A stretch of 64,000 bases of DNA from a virus. The position numbers and the translations under genes were made by a program. Location: the UHGV virus genome UHGV-1383976. One strand, written 5' to 3'. The stretch's first letter is position 1, and each line of letters opens with the position of its first letter. Of this stretch, positions 28,794 to 38,368 are shown in pieces. The notes beneath the pieces were generated by a model, which saw only the letters and a list, made by a program, of their open reading frames with translations, searched no databases and was not told where the DNA came from.

Positions 28794-31559
28794 ATGCCAA
28801 ACTATTCCGGCTCAATTACAGTGTCAAAAATATTTGATGGGCAACCGGGCGCGGATGGCAATTCTTACAATCTTGTTTTCAATAAGCAGAAAGTTATAAA
28901 ATACAAGGTTAAAGATGGGAGCAATAACTATTTTACACGTTTTGCTCCCTCTCGCCTAATTTTTTATGCCACAAAACGAGATGGTAATAATACGCCCGCG
29001 AAATTGAGCGATGATGATTACGATTTTACTTTTGCGATGCTTGATATGCTCGGTTCTGATGATACTAGTTCTTTGGAAGAATTAGATAAAACAAGCCCTT
29101 ATTTTCAAGCTTTCAAGCCCTTCCTTTTCTATGATAATAATGATTCTTCAGTTCCTGCGAACTGGGTTTTTGAAATACAACAATTCTGGGATATATATAT
29201 CCTGAGTTCCAACGATCCTAATTATTCGATAATAGTAAAATTTGCTACAATGAATGGCGGAACGCCGCAAGATTGGAGCGCTATTACATCGGGCGATATA
29301 TATGCTGGTGTTTATTTCCCATCCAAAATTTCAGAAGATAATAATGAAATTTATTCAATACCTTCTAGTGCGGCTGACTATCACTGGTATTATTTAGGCA
29401 CTAAAACTGCAGGGCAAGACGATCCAACGGCGGCAATAAGCGGCGGCATCAAACAACTTCTCCAAAAACTTGGCCGCATTATGGCACAAGATGATGCAAT
29501 TTATGTTTTTAAATTGAAAAGCCCTGAAGCAATACCGCAAGAATGGGGCACGTTTCCGCTGATACAGCAATGGGCTACAACAGAAAGTCTTGCATCTTTT
29601 GCGCTCAATGCTGATAGTATCAATATGGCTGTAGATAATACGAGGCTTCGCTTTGATAGCGATGGCTTGCACGTTGTAAATGGCGGCTTAGACATCACTC
29701 GTGTTTATGAGGACGGTCGTGATTCTGAAAAGATTTTTTGGGTTGATGATAATGATGATGGCGATTTACACATCAAAGGGCGTTTAGAGGCAGCAACTGG
29801 TACTTTTACTGGTGAGCTTCAAGCAGCTACTGGTACATTTAGTGGCGAGCTAAGTGCCGCGACTGGTTCTTTTACTGGCGAGCTAAAAGCTGCAACAGGT
29901 TCATTTGCTGGTGAACTCCAAGCAGCGACAGGTACTTTCAAAGAAGGCTATATTTTAAAAGCTATTATTGGTGATGAAGATAATAATTACATTTTGCTTG
30001 ATAGTGAGAATGGTATTGTCCATCACGATACTACTAACAATAATGCTAGCAATTTTTCCATTTCGCTTGACGGCTCTGTTATAGCAAAACGGATTGAACT
30101 TAGCGAAGGTCGCATTGGTAATTTGACTTTTGACAATTCTACAATTCGTGGCGGCGATTCTTGGTACATCAATGAAACAGATGCTGTATTCAATAATATT
30201 ACAGCAAGTGGCAAAATTACAACTGCAATTTTTGAACAACAAAAGCTCCAATTGTGCGGCGGTACATTCTTATTCAAGGACGCTTATCGTATCAATGAAA
30301 TTGAAATTCAAGCTGGAGCAACAAGCTTTACTCCTATCTTTAGAGATGCAATTCAGTCTAGCGCTGATAATCTTTATATGATTACAAATGAGAATCGTTC
30401 CGCGCAATTTTACGCATCTCCTACATCGAGCGGCACTTGGGCTATTTATGGTGGCGCGCAATATGGTATTTATAACTTGGTTCTTGATTTAGGTACAATA
30501 AACGGTGATAAAACTGACGACTGGCTTATTGCAATAAACTCAACGGCCACTGATTTGACATCTTCTGGACTGCCACAAAATAGTGTAAGTTTATCTTGTA
30601 TTGAGGGAAATAATAATTCTTACAAAATTGTTCCCAAAATAATTCTTGGTAAAATCCCTGCACAAATAATTTCAACAGCAATTCAGCAAGACACTTACGG
30701 CCTTTATGCTGAAAGTGCATATTTGACTGGCACTCTTACCACACAATACGACGCGGATGGCGGAGTAGGTTATGCTGGTGTCAATACATTGAGTGGCGCG
30801 CGATTCAATAAGAGAGTTAGTGGCTTATCTGAAGACAACAGCCGCATCGTATTTTGGGCTGGCTCAGAAGGGCTATCAGATGCCGCGATTCAAAATTCTG
30901 TTTTCCAAGTCTCTGAAAATGGTACGTTATACGCTAGCCAAGGTTATTTTGAAGGCTCTATTTTGAGTAAAGCCACTATTGAAGCTTCCACTTTGCGTAC
31001 GGTCAAAATAGAAGGTGCAGGCACTGGCCCCGCTTTGTCAATTAGTGATTGTCAAACTGGTATTGTTTTTACCGGTACTAAAAATGATACTGAACGAAAC
31101 ATTTTCTCTTTGACAAATAATAGTATTGAGTCTTCTGTCCCGTTGACTTTTTCTAGCACTACTGGCTTCAATATCATAAATGCTCGCGCGGTGATGGATA
31201 GACTTATAATTACAGATAACCAGAATCAAGCTGGCACAATTGCCCTAAATCCGCTTTCTCTCGATTTTTATAGTCAATATAAGAGCGATGGCGCGCTTGC
31301 CAATGATTATACACATGGCGATTATCATATTCAAGTTGGCAATGATGGACTAGCAATTTATGACAGTGCTAAACGCGCGAATTTTGGAAAAGAGAAAACA
31401 AGTATTTATTCTGGATTAGACATACAAGATAATCTTTCTTTTGGCAATATTGACAATGAGGAATATACTGCACAATATCGCAAAGCCACAAGAGAAGTGG
31501 ATGGGAAGAACTATCTTATTGGATTAGACCTTTATGTTTCTGAAATAAAGGTTGAGTAA
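28794..31559 (+). CDS. Tail fibre / receptor-binding protein candidate (921 aa) with 11-residue tandem repeats
   Basis: AGGAGG RBS; five tandem ATG(T/S)F(T/S/A)GEL(Q/S/K)A repeats; position after Tal. Confidence 0.5.
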   Translation: MPNYSGSITVSKIFDGQPGADGNSYNLVFNKQKVIKYKVKDGSNNYFTRFAPSRLIFYATKRDGNNTPAKLSDDDYDFTFAMLDMLGSDDTSSLEELDKTSPYFQAFKPFLFYDNNDSSVPANWVFEIQQFWDIYILSSNDPNYSIIVKFATMNGGTPQDWSAITSGDIYAGVYFPSKISEDNNEIYSIPSSAADYHWYYLGTKTAGQDDPTAAISGGIKQLLQKLGRIMAQDDAIYVFKLKSPEAIPQEWGTFPLIQQWATTESLASFALNADSINMAVDNTRLRFDSDGLHVVNGGLDITRVYEDGRDSEKIFWVDDNDDGDLHIKGRLEAATGTFTGELQAATGTFSGELSAATGSFTGELKAATGSFAGELQAATGTFKEGYILKAIIGDEDNNYILLDSENGIVHHDTTNNNASNFSISLDGSVIAKRIELSEGRIGNLTFDNSTIRGGDSWYINETDAVFNNITASGKITTAIFEQQKLQLCGGTFLFKDAYRINEIEIQAGATSFTPIFRDAIQSSADNLYMITNENRSAQFYASPTSSGTWAIYGGAQYGIYNLVLDLGTINGDKTDDWLIAINSTATDLTSSGLPQNSVSLSCIEGNNNSYKIVPKIILGKIPAQIISTAIQQDTYGLYAESAYLTGTLTTQYDADGGVGYAGVNTLSGARFNKRVSGLSEDNSRIVFWAGSEGLSDAAIQNSVFQVSENGTLYASQGYFEGSILSKATIEASTLRTVKIEGAGTGPALSISDCQTGIVFTGTKNDTERNIFSLTNNSIESSVPLTFSSTTGFNIINARAVMDRLIITDNQNQAGTIALNPLSLDFYSQYKSDGALANDYTHGDYHIQVGNDGLAIYDSAKRANFGKEKTSIYSGLDIQDNLSFGNIDNEEYTAQYRKATREVDGKNYLIGLDLYVSEIKVE
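29791..29942 (+). repeat. 33-bp coding tandem repeat x4.6, conserved at the amino-acid level and diverged at synonymous sites
   Basis: Units begin at 29791, 29824, 29857, 29890 and 29923 (gcagcaactggtacttttactggtgagcttcaa and variants). Confidence 0.85.
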
Positions 31560-31570
31560 AGGAGGCTAAT

Positions 31571-34500
31571 ATGGCGCAAATATATTACAATTGTCGTGTT
31601 CCGGGTTATACCGCAGATCAGTGGAACGGACAAGTAAATTTAGGATTTGAGCTTTCTTATAATAAAAGTACAAATGAAACAACAATAAATTTTATAGCCG
31701 AAGAGTGTTTTCACAAATATTATGGCATAAATGGCTGGGGTACTGAAGCTACTACTAGTATAACATTTTATGCAGCTGATAATACAAGCGATAAGAAAGC
31801 GACTTGGCTTTACACATATGGTTATACAGATGGTAGTTCAAAACAATTCAATTCAACTCCAAATAGTATTACAGTAAAACATTCAAGCACAATTGGCGCA
31901 AAAAGTGTAATTGTAGAGGCTTCAACAACTGTAAAAGTTTATCTGAAAAAGAATGTCCAATCTACTGGTACTGGTAGTTATAGTGATACAGTAGCATTAC
32001 CCGCATCTCCTGTCAGTGAACCGATGAGTTTTACGACTTCCGCTTCATCTATAATCATTCCGACTGGCTCAATACCCTTGAGCTGGTCGGGCGCGACCGC
32101 TGGCGTCAATAATGCTATAAATAAATATAAGATTTTTTGGAAAGCGGGAAGTGCTCCAACAGCCATATCATTTGATGATAGTGCCGAAATAACAAATCCC
32201 TCTGCAACATCTTATACAATAAAACTTAGTTTAGATAATACAAGTCGAGGAAAAACCATTTACACCGCGATTCAAACCTGCGGCGAAATGGGCATCAATT
32301 ATGATTCTAACCTAAAGAGTGGCCCTTCCGTAAAAATAAACTCGCTACCCGCCGCGCCGATTCTTTCAGCTACAAATGTCAAATTGCCTTCAACTGCTGG
32401 CGCGTATAGCGTACAAGTTTCAGCGGGATCTGATGCCGATTCTTCTCAAACTGTAAAAGTTCGTCAAGGAGCTAGCGGCGCGCTTCAAACCAGTGGCTCT
32501 CAATTTTCGATTGATTCTGCGGGGGCTTTCACATTTTATTCAAATGATGGACTTGAAAATTCAGTTTCGGGTTCAACGCTTACAATAACTCGTAATGTAG
32601 AGCCAAAAGTAAATAATTTTACAACGGCTTTTTCTGCGTCAACTAATACGAATGATAAGTCAATTTCGACAGCAAAATTTACTGATACAACTAAGAAATT
32701 GACTGCAGCAAAATGGTATATTCGCTCCGCAGAAGAAAAAGTGAATGTGCTAAGTGCTACTTCAGAAGAAATTATTTCTGGAACTGTTTCAAATACGTCA
32801 AATAGTTCAACCCTCACTCTTATAATAGACCCATTAGCACAAAATCCCATTGTAAGCCCCGGCTATTATTATCAAATTGGCGTGCGGCTCAAAGACGAAT
32901 ATGAATATACCGCAATCAAATGGTCTGGAACTGAGGCAGCGCAAATTTATGGCAAGCTTCCAGATAATATTAGTGTTCCTACTATACAAAAAACTGACAC
33001 GTTAGATGCAAGCTTAACTGGCGATTATTCAGTTTATTATCGTAATCCTCAAATCAAGTTGGAATGGACAGCACCAGATAGCTTTCCTACAGGCTTATCT
33101 TCTTTATGGTATTCAATTTTTTACTCAATAGATGCAGGTAATTCTTGGAAACAATGGGGTAGTATGCAGCTGTGTACGGCTAAACAAAAATATACTTCTA
33201 CAATTGATTTCTCTAATGCTGGCCGTGGAGATTTCTTAGCTAAAGTTATCGTATATGATAAAAAAGACGGCAGTAATCAGAAAGTTGAATCAAGTCTTTC
33301 AAACAAACTGTTTTATTCGCCTGATCCCCAATGGATTGGAAATTTTACTCCGACGTTAACATATAGCAAGACTTACACAGATGGGCGTAACTATGTTCGT
33401 CCAAATTCAAGCGCAGTCAGCGAAAAGGCTTTGTCTTTGTCTATCCCCTATCCCGGCACGATTTGTACTACTCTTCAAACCAATGCTGCGGATTTACGTT
33501 ATTCCATCTTACTTTATCGAGAGGATATCTCGCAAGGCCAAGAGCTTCGTTCAATTAGGAAAGTCAGTGGAACTGAGAATGGGCCATTAGGCACAAACAT
33601 TACTTATGAAGACTTACAGTCACTTTACACAGTTCTTTTTGGAACTGAGGCTGAAAGAATTGGCCCTTACAGTATGTCAATTGTTGTGCGGTTTTATGAT
33701 GCTTTTGGCCAATCCATTGACACAACGCGAATGGGATTTGTCATTGATTTTCGTGAAAAACCGAAACAAATTACAAACCTCAAAATAGGGCGTGATGGTG
33801 TTATCTCAAATGACTATGCCGCAGTTGCTGCGAAAAAGAGTAGTAACACAGTCTTCTTTCCGAGTGATAGTGCAAGCGATGCTGACAAATCTATTTTGGC
33901 AGGTGAGCACCTGATAATTGCTTTTCAGAAGCCTGCGCTGAGCTATGCCGCACAAGTGATTGGGCAATACATTTTTACATTGTATAGTGGAGATAATGTA
34001 ATATATACCTATCAAACCTCTAATTTAATTTCAGGTTCAATCTATGGCGAATCTGCAATGAGTTGTGTTACAATTCCAACATTGAATTTTGTCAGCTCAG
34101 CCGCAACTTTTTCCGTCAAAATTAGGCAGCAAGATGGCCAGTCTTATAATGATAATATTAGTATTGAAAGTGCTAGTAGCAATTCTTTATGCGGTGGTGC
34201 ACTTGAACAACCGTCAATAGGCTTTCAAATACCAGACATTACGTCTGATGGGAGCAAACTAAAAGTTGTTTATACTGCAAATACAGCTACTCTAAGCTGG
34301 AGTGGAGTTCAAGGCAATTATAATGCTTACTTGCGCGAAATGGAGTATAGCGGAGTTAGCTATTCTCCTTCTTGTAAAATAACTTTACAATTTAGTGCAG
34401 ATAATAATTTTACATCTTCAGAAGAAATTATATTGGCGTCAAGTTCAACATCTTATAATTTGAAGTCTGGCAATGGCACGCAATCTGTCAGTTTAAGTGG

Positions 34501-34891
34501 CAAGTGTTTTGTTCGCCTCAAAGTTGAGTATAATACAGGGCTAAGGCTCAATGGTACAGCACTTACAACAAATCAAGTTGTTATTTATACCGCAACTCAA
34601 ATTTATTTCAGCGAAGCTCCAACTGTAAGCTATCGTCAAAATAGCGTTGGTATAAATTGCGTACCAGATAATAATAATGCCTTCAAAGTATCAATGACGC
34701 AAAACAATAATTTGATTACTTTTGATGGTTATGGATATGATGCAAATAACGACTTGATTACTCATTCAATTACTTTCGATCTTGCTAATGGTCAAATAAT
34801 CTCAACTAATTTTATGGCAACGACTGATGATATAGATGATATCTGTAATAGTGAGTTCGTCAATGCACGTGATTTGCATACTAAAATTTGA
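31571..34891 (+). CDS. Large tail/virion-surface protein (1106 aa), probable adhesin or second fibre
   Basis: GGAGG RBS; last large gene of the tail operon; Thr/Ser-rich beta-rich sequence; no catalytic motif identified. Confidence 0.45.
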   Translation: MAQIYYNCRVPGYTADQWNGQVNLGFELSYNKSTNETTINFIAEECFHKYYGINGWGTEATTSITFYAADNTSDKKATWLYTYGYTDGSSKQFNSTPNSITVKHSSTIGAKSVIVEASTTVKVYLKKNVQSTGTGSYSDTVALPASPVSEPMSFTTSASSIIIPTGSIPLSWSGATAGVNNAINKYKIFWKAGSAPTAISFDDSAEITNPSATSYTIKLSLDNTSRGKTIYTAIQTCGEMGINYDSNLKSGPSVKINSLPAAPILSATNVKLPSTAGAYSVQVSAGSDADSSQTVKVRQGASGALQTSGSQFSIDSAGAFTFYSNDGLENSVSGSTLTITRNVEPKVNNFTTAFSASTNTNDKSISTAKFTDTTKKLTAAKWYIRSAEEKVNVLSATSEEIISGTVSNTSNSSTLTLIIDPLAQNPIVSPGYYYQIGVRLKDEYEYTAIKWSGTEAAQIYGKLPDNISVPTIQKTDTLDASLTGDYSVYYRNPQIKLEWTAPDSFPTGLSSLWYSIFYSIDAGNSWKQWGSMQLCTAKQKYTSTIDFSNAGRGDFLAKVIVYDKKDGSNQKVESSLSNKLFYSPDPQWIGNFTPTLTYSKTYTDGRNYVRPNSSAVSEKALSLSIPYPGTICTTLQTNAADLRYSILLYREDISQGQELRSIRKVSGTENGPLGTNITYEDLQSLYTVLFGTEAERIGPYSMSIVVRFYDAFGQSIDTTRMGFVIDFREKPKQITNLKIGRDGVISNDYAAVAAKKSSNTVFFPSDSASDADKSILAGEHLIIAFQKPALSYAAQVIGQYIFTLYSGDNVIYTYQTSNLISGSIYGESAMSCVTIPTLNFVSSAATFSVKIRQQDGQSYNDNISIESASSNSLCGGALEQPSIGFQIPDITSDGSKLKVVYTANTATLSWSGVQGNYNAYLREMEYSGVSYSPSCKITLQFSADNNFTSSEEIILASSSTSYNLKSGNGTQSVSLSGKCFVRLKVEYNTGLRLNGTALTTNQVVIYTATQIYFSEAPTVSYRQNSVGINCVPDNNNAFKVSMTQNNNLITFDGYGYDANNDLITHSITFDLANGQIISTNFMATTDDIDDICNSEFVNARDLHTKI

Positions 34892-34916
34892 CTTTTTACT
34901 TCTTTTATGTTATACT
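34888..34916 (+). promoter_or_regulatory. sigma-70-like promoter TTGACT-17-TATACT with TGn
   Basis: ttgact 34888-34893, 17-nt spacer ending tgt, tatact 34911-34916; ~30 nt upstream of the 34946 start. Confidence 0.65.
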
Positions 34917-34945
34917 ATTTATATATAGAGTAAAGGAGGAATAGT

Positions 34946-35326
34946 ATGTATCTGTCTGAAGTAATACAATTTCAAACTGTATATAATACACTTGCTGAAA
35001 TAAAACTTCCATTCAAAATTGCCTATAAGCTAAACAAAATAAACGAAGAAGCTCAAAAAGAGGCTGAGTGGTATAACAAAGAGTTTGATGCAATTTTGAA
35101 TGAATATGGAATGAAAGATGAGGATGGCCATTTCGTGCGGGCTAATGATGGAATGTCAATAAAAATACAAGATGGTCGCGAAAACGAATGTCAAGCAAAA
35201 ATACAGGAACTCGCACGAGTTAATGTTGAACTTAAATCGCCAAAGCTCACAATGGATGATTTGTCGCAAATGGACGCCGAGCTAACTGTGCGCGAAGTCG
35301 CAATTCTAATGAATTTCATAGAATAA
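34946..35326 (+). CDS. Hypothetical protein (126 aa), moron-like unit with its own promoter and terminator
   Basis: AAAGGAGG RBS; flanked by the promoter at 34888 and the terminator at 35336. Confidence 0.55.
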   Translation: MYLSEVIQFQTVYNTLAEIKLPFKIAYKLNKINEEAQKEAEWYNKEFDAILNEYGMKDEDGHFVRANDGMSIKIQDGRENECQAKIQELARVNVELKSPKLTMDDLSQMDAELTVREVAILMNFIE

Positions 35327-35335
35327 ATAAAAAGT

Positions 35336-35375
35336 CCCGAAGAGGCATAATGCTTCTTCGGGATTTGTGCATTTT
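35336..35375 (+). terminator. Rho-independent terminator
   Basis: cccgaagaggca-taa-tgcttcttcggg hairpin followed by atttgtgcattttgtt. Confidence 0.65.
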
Positions 35376-35493
35376 GTTCAGTTTATTCTGAGATAATTGA
35401 GTAAATTGCTGAATTTCCTTTACGCTTACCAATAAAATGTCTAATAAGTCCACTAGTGCTACTTCCATATGAAGAAACAAAGGAGGTAGTAAA

Positions 35494-35841
35494 ATGAATC
35501 CTTTTCAAACCAATACCGTGCAGCCACAAAATAGATTTACGCCATCTATGTTTATGACGCCGCAAGGTAATGTTTATGTCATTGATAGCCCACTTGAAGT
35601 AGCCAATGTTCCTATGGGGACGGGTTTATCTGTCGCAATTTGTCCTAATGAAAGTCTTATGTATCTCAAGATGTATCAAAATGGTGCGCCATCAATTACG
35701 GCTTATAAACTCGCTCCCTATGAACAGCCAACTGGCAATAGTAATTTAGACAAAGTTCTACAAAACATAACTGATAGACTTGACAAAATTGAAAAATCTC
35801 TTTTACCTAAAAAGGAGGAAAAAATAAATGACCTTCTCTAA
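35494..35841 (+). CDS. Hypothetical protein (115 aa)
   Basis: AGGAGG RBS; no motif. Confidence 0.45.
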   Translation: MNPFQTNTVQPQNRFTPSMFMTPQGNVYVIDSPLEVANVPMGTGLSVAICPNESLMYLKMYQNGAPSITAYKLAPYEQPTGNSNLDKVLQNITDRLDKIEKSLLPKKEEKINDLL

Positions 35842-36067
35842 TCCTTTACAGACACTTATGCAGATGGGAAGAGGCTCAATGATGAACGCTCTTCCCAATA
35901 TACAAAAACCAGCTCAAAATCCCCCGATAAATATACAACAATTGAAACAAGCACTCCCGCAACTCACTAAAGAAAATTATGCGCAATTGGTTTCTCAGGC
36001 CCGCGCGCAAGGAATTAGTGAGCAAGACATTGAGTCAGGACTCAATTTTCTTTTACAATTAAATTGA
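35828..36067 (+). CDS. Hypothetical protein (79 aa)
   Basis: AAGGAGG RBS; overlaps upstream gene. Confidence 0.4.
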   Translation: MTFSNPLQTLMQMGRGSMMNALPNIQKPAQNPPINIQQLKQALPQLTKENYAQLVSQARAQGISEQDIESGLNFLLQLN

Positions 36068-36121
36068 TTTACGTCCGGGGTAAGTCAATTTATATTATAA
36101 ATTTTTAGGAGGTTTTTTGTA

Positions 36122-36820
36122 ATGAACGAAGGACTTAGTGCTAGCGATATTCTCGCTTTGACACGTGATAACGATGATGGTATGAATAATGCTTGGAATA
36201 ACCCTTTTATTTATCTTGTTTGGTTGGCATTGTTAGGTGGCAATGGCGGACTTTTTGGCCGTCGTGATGACTGCGCAACGCAAGGCGCAATAACTCGTTC
36301 CGACCTGTTCGAAGGTTTCAACAACCAAGATGTAAATGGCCAACTTCGCGGTATTACTAATGGTATATGTGATGGCTTTTATGCTATCAATAGCGAGATG
36401 AAAGATGGCTTCTATGGCAACCAAGCCACAATCAAAGATGGCTTTTATTCCACTCAAGCAGCGCTTGCTGAAAACAGATTTGCTCAGCAGCAATGCTGCT
36501 GTGAGACGAACCGCAATATTGACAACGTTCGCTCCGAAGCCTATAAGAATACTTGTGAAATTACCACCGCAATTCATAATGAAGGTGAAGCAACTCGTGC
36601 TCTCATAACCGCAAATACAATGCAAGAACTCCGTGATAAGCTCGCTGATCGCGACAGAGATTTGCTTTATGCAAACTTCCAGAACTCTCAGCAGCTCCAG
36701 AACGCATATTTAGTCGATACTTTGCGTCCTGTTAGTAGACCTGCATATATTACCTGCAGTCCATATCAATCTGTTAACTCTTGTGGTACATCTAGCTGCG
36801 GCTGTGGCTATGGCATTTGA
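36122..36820 (+). CDS. Hypothetical membrane-anchored protein (232 aa): one N-terminal TM helix, DGFY-containing tandem repeats, Cys-rich C-terminus (SCGTSSCGCGYGI)
   Basis: TAGGAGG RBS; TM segment FIYLVWLALLGGNGGLFG; repeats KDGFYA/KDGFYG/KDGFYS. Confidence 0.5.
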   Translation: MNEGLSASDILALTRDNDDGMNNAWNNPFIYLVWLALLGGNGGLFGRRDDCATQGAITRSDLFEGFNNQDVNGQLRGITNGICDGFYAINSEMKDGFYGNQATIKDGFYSTQAALAENRFAQQQCCCETNRNIDNVRSEAYKNTCEITTAIHNEGEATRALITANTMQELRDKLADRDRDLLYANFQNSQQLQNAYLVDTLRPVSRPAYITCSPYQSVNSCGTSSCGCGYGI

Positions 36821-36864
36821 GCCAACTCACCGTGAGTACATATCCGTATCAGGGGTGAAACTAA

Positions 36865-37281
36865 ATGGTAGATAGTTATAATATTCAATCTCAAACTGTT
36901 GATGTAAATGGCTTACTTACATTTCCTATCAATTCCATATTGACAGGCTGTACCGTTAGCCATACAGCAGGTAGCACAACATTCTCACTCAATAAGCCCG
37001 GACTTTATTTTGTATCATTCAATGCTGTCGGTACAATTTCAGGTGCTACTGCTGGTGCGATAACCGTTCAACTCCAGAATAATGGCACAGCAGTTCCGGG
37101 TGCGCTTAGCTCAGACACATCCGCATCAACAACTGACGTTCGTAATCTTTCCTTCACAAAAGTAATTCGAGTCAATCCATCTTGCTGTGCGGTCAATAAT
37201 CAAGCTAATCTGACATTTGTAAATGCAGGGCTTGGCGCGATTTACACCAATGCTAACGTGGTAATTACCAAGCTAGCGTAA
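36865..37281 (+). CDS. Hypothetical protein (138 aa), Thr/Ser/Ala-rich beta protein loosely reminiscent of BclA-C-terminal/C1q-like jelly-roll domains
   Basis: ORF with GGGGTG upstream; low-complexity beta-rich sequence ending ...NANVVITKLA. Confidence 0.4.
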   Translation: MVDSYNIQSQTVDVNGLLTFPINSILTGCTVSHTAGSTTFSLNKPGLYFVSFNAVGTISGATAGAITVQLQNNGTAVPGALSSDTSASTTDVRNLSFTKVIRVNPSCCAVNNQANLTFVNAGLGAIYTNANVVITKLA

Positions 37282-37290
37282 GGAGGCAAT

Positions 37291-37593
37291 ATGGTAAAAT
37301 ATAAAGCGCTTTATAAAGCTATGTATGATGACTTGAAAGATAGTGAAATGATGATTTGCTATGCTGATGAAATTCGTGAAAATAAAGAAGACGCGGCTTT
37401 GGCCGATGTTATAGCTAAGTATGCGCAATACCGTCTGAATCATTTTATGGAATTTCATAAGTTGTTTGAGAATGAAGCATCAAAAGAACCACAAGTCAAT
37501 GCCGAATCGGTAGCCTATTGTATGTGGGATACAACCCATGAAATGATGATGGAATGGTATGGTTCCATCAAACAAAAAATAGAAAAATTCTAA
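37291..37593 (+). CDS. Hypothetical protein (100 aa)
   Basis: AGGAGG RBS; last plus-strand gene before the bidirectional terminator. Confidence 0.45.
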   Translation: MVKYKALYKAMYDDLKDSEMMICYADEIRENKEDAALADVIAKYAQYRLNHFMEFHKLFENEASKEPQVNAESVAYCMWDTTHEMMMEWYGSIKQKIEKF

Positions 37594-37598
37594 TTTTG

Positions 37599-37630
37599 GA
37601 AGAGGAGCGTAATGCTCCTCTTTTTTATTC
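37599..37630. terminator. Bidirectional rho-independent terminator between the convergent plus and minus arms
   Basis: gaggagc-gtaat-gctcctc hairpin flanked by an A-run (aaaaattctaatttt) on one side and ttttttatt on the other; lies between the stops of the 37291 (+) and 37625 (-) genes. Confidence 0.75.
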
Positions 37631-38368
37631 CCAAGAAATCATTTTTCGGTTTGGCGCACACTGCCGGACAGCATAAGTCCCAATTCCTATCGCGTCAGCC
37701 TCATCTTCGCTAACGGAAACATCATACCATTGCTTTGCTAATAAACGCATAGAACTTTTTCGGTCACTCCTCGTGCGCCCTTTGACTCCGCACTCTTGGC
37801 GCCAAACCCCTGTATGGCATAAAGTGTAAGCAATTCCTAACTCAAAGCAACACTCAATCAAAATTCCCTGAAGCCACGCGAGTTGTTGAAATACATCAAC
37901 ACCCATCGTGCGCTTACCTTCACTTTCATTCTGAAGTTGAATGTTCTCTAAGGCCACTAAATCTGGCTGCCAATTATAAAGCATATTGACGAGCCAAACT
38001 TTTACAGCATTGCTGCGCGCAATTGTATCGGGCAATTGTGTTTGATAAGTTCCATATTTGATAAGCTCTTTGTCATCAAAAATTGAAAATCCGGTAATAT
38101 GTGTCGCTTGGTCGAGAGCGAGCACACGAAAAATATTTTTCTTTTTTGGAACAATTTTAGATGTTGCAGCCTCTGTTTTATATACATTAGCTTCACACGT
38201 CGGGCATATGCGTTTTGCACGAAGTTTTTTCCAAGGTGCAAATACGGCATGACCTTCGGGACATTCAAACCGCATTTCTGTTTCAAGATTGGTATATGTA
38301 TCGCTTACGACTTTCCAGCCGTCTTGCTCTAATTCTTCTCTAATTGAATCTAGCGAAATTTTTGCCAT
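37625..38368 (-). CDS. RuvC-family Holliday junction resolvase with N-terminal zinc finger (CPEGH...CPTCE)
   Basis: Motifs LALDQATHITGFSIFD, ALENIQLQ and EADAIGIG consistent with the RuvC-like catalytic D/E/D triad; start overlaps dUTPase stop. Confidence 0.6.
   Translation of the reverse strand: MAKISLDSIREELEQDGWKVVSDTYTNLETEMRFECPEGHAVFAPWKKLRAKRICPTCEANVYKTEAATSKIVPKKKNIFRVLALDQATHITGFSIFDDKELIKYGTYQTQLPDTIARSNAVKVWLVNMLYNWQPDLVALENIQLQNESEGKRTMGVDVFQQLAWLQGILIECCFELGIAYTLCHTGVWRQECGVKGRTRSDRKSSMRLLAKQWYDVSVSEDEADAIGIGTYAVRQCAPNRKMISWE

Noticed and set aside
28794-34891. Diversity-generating retroelement targeting the fibre/adhesin genes
   Set aside because: No reverse transcriptase gene and no template/variable repeat pair detected in the window
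35327-35493. tRNA or small RNA genes in the larger intergenic regions (35327-35493, 36068-36121, 50572-50634, 58861-59054)
   Set aside because: No T-arm GTTCRA box or cloverleaf-compatible sequences were seen; these regions are explained by promoters and terminators
36061-36121. Promoter-like TTGATT...TATATT upstream of 36122
   Set aside because: Spacer of ~21 nt is non-canonical; not called
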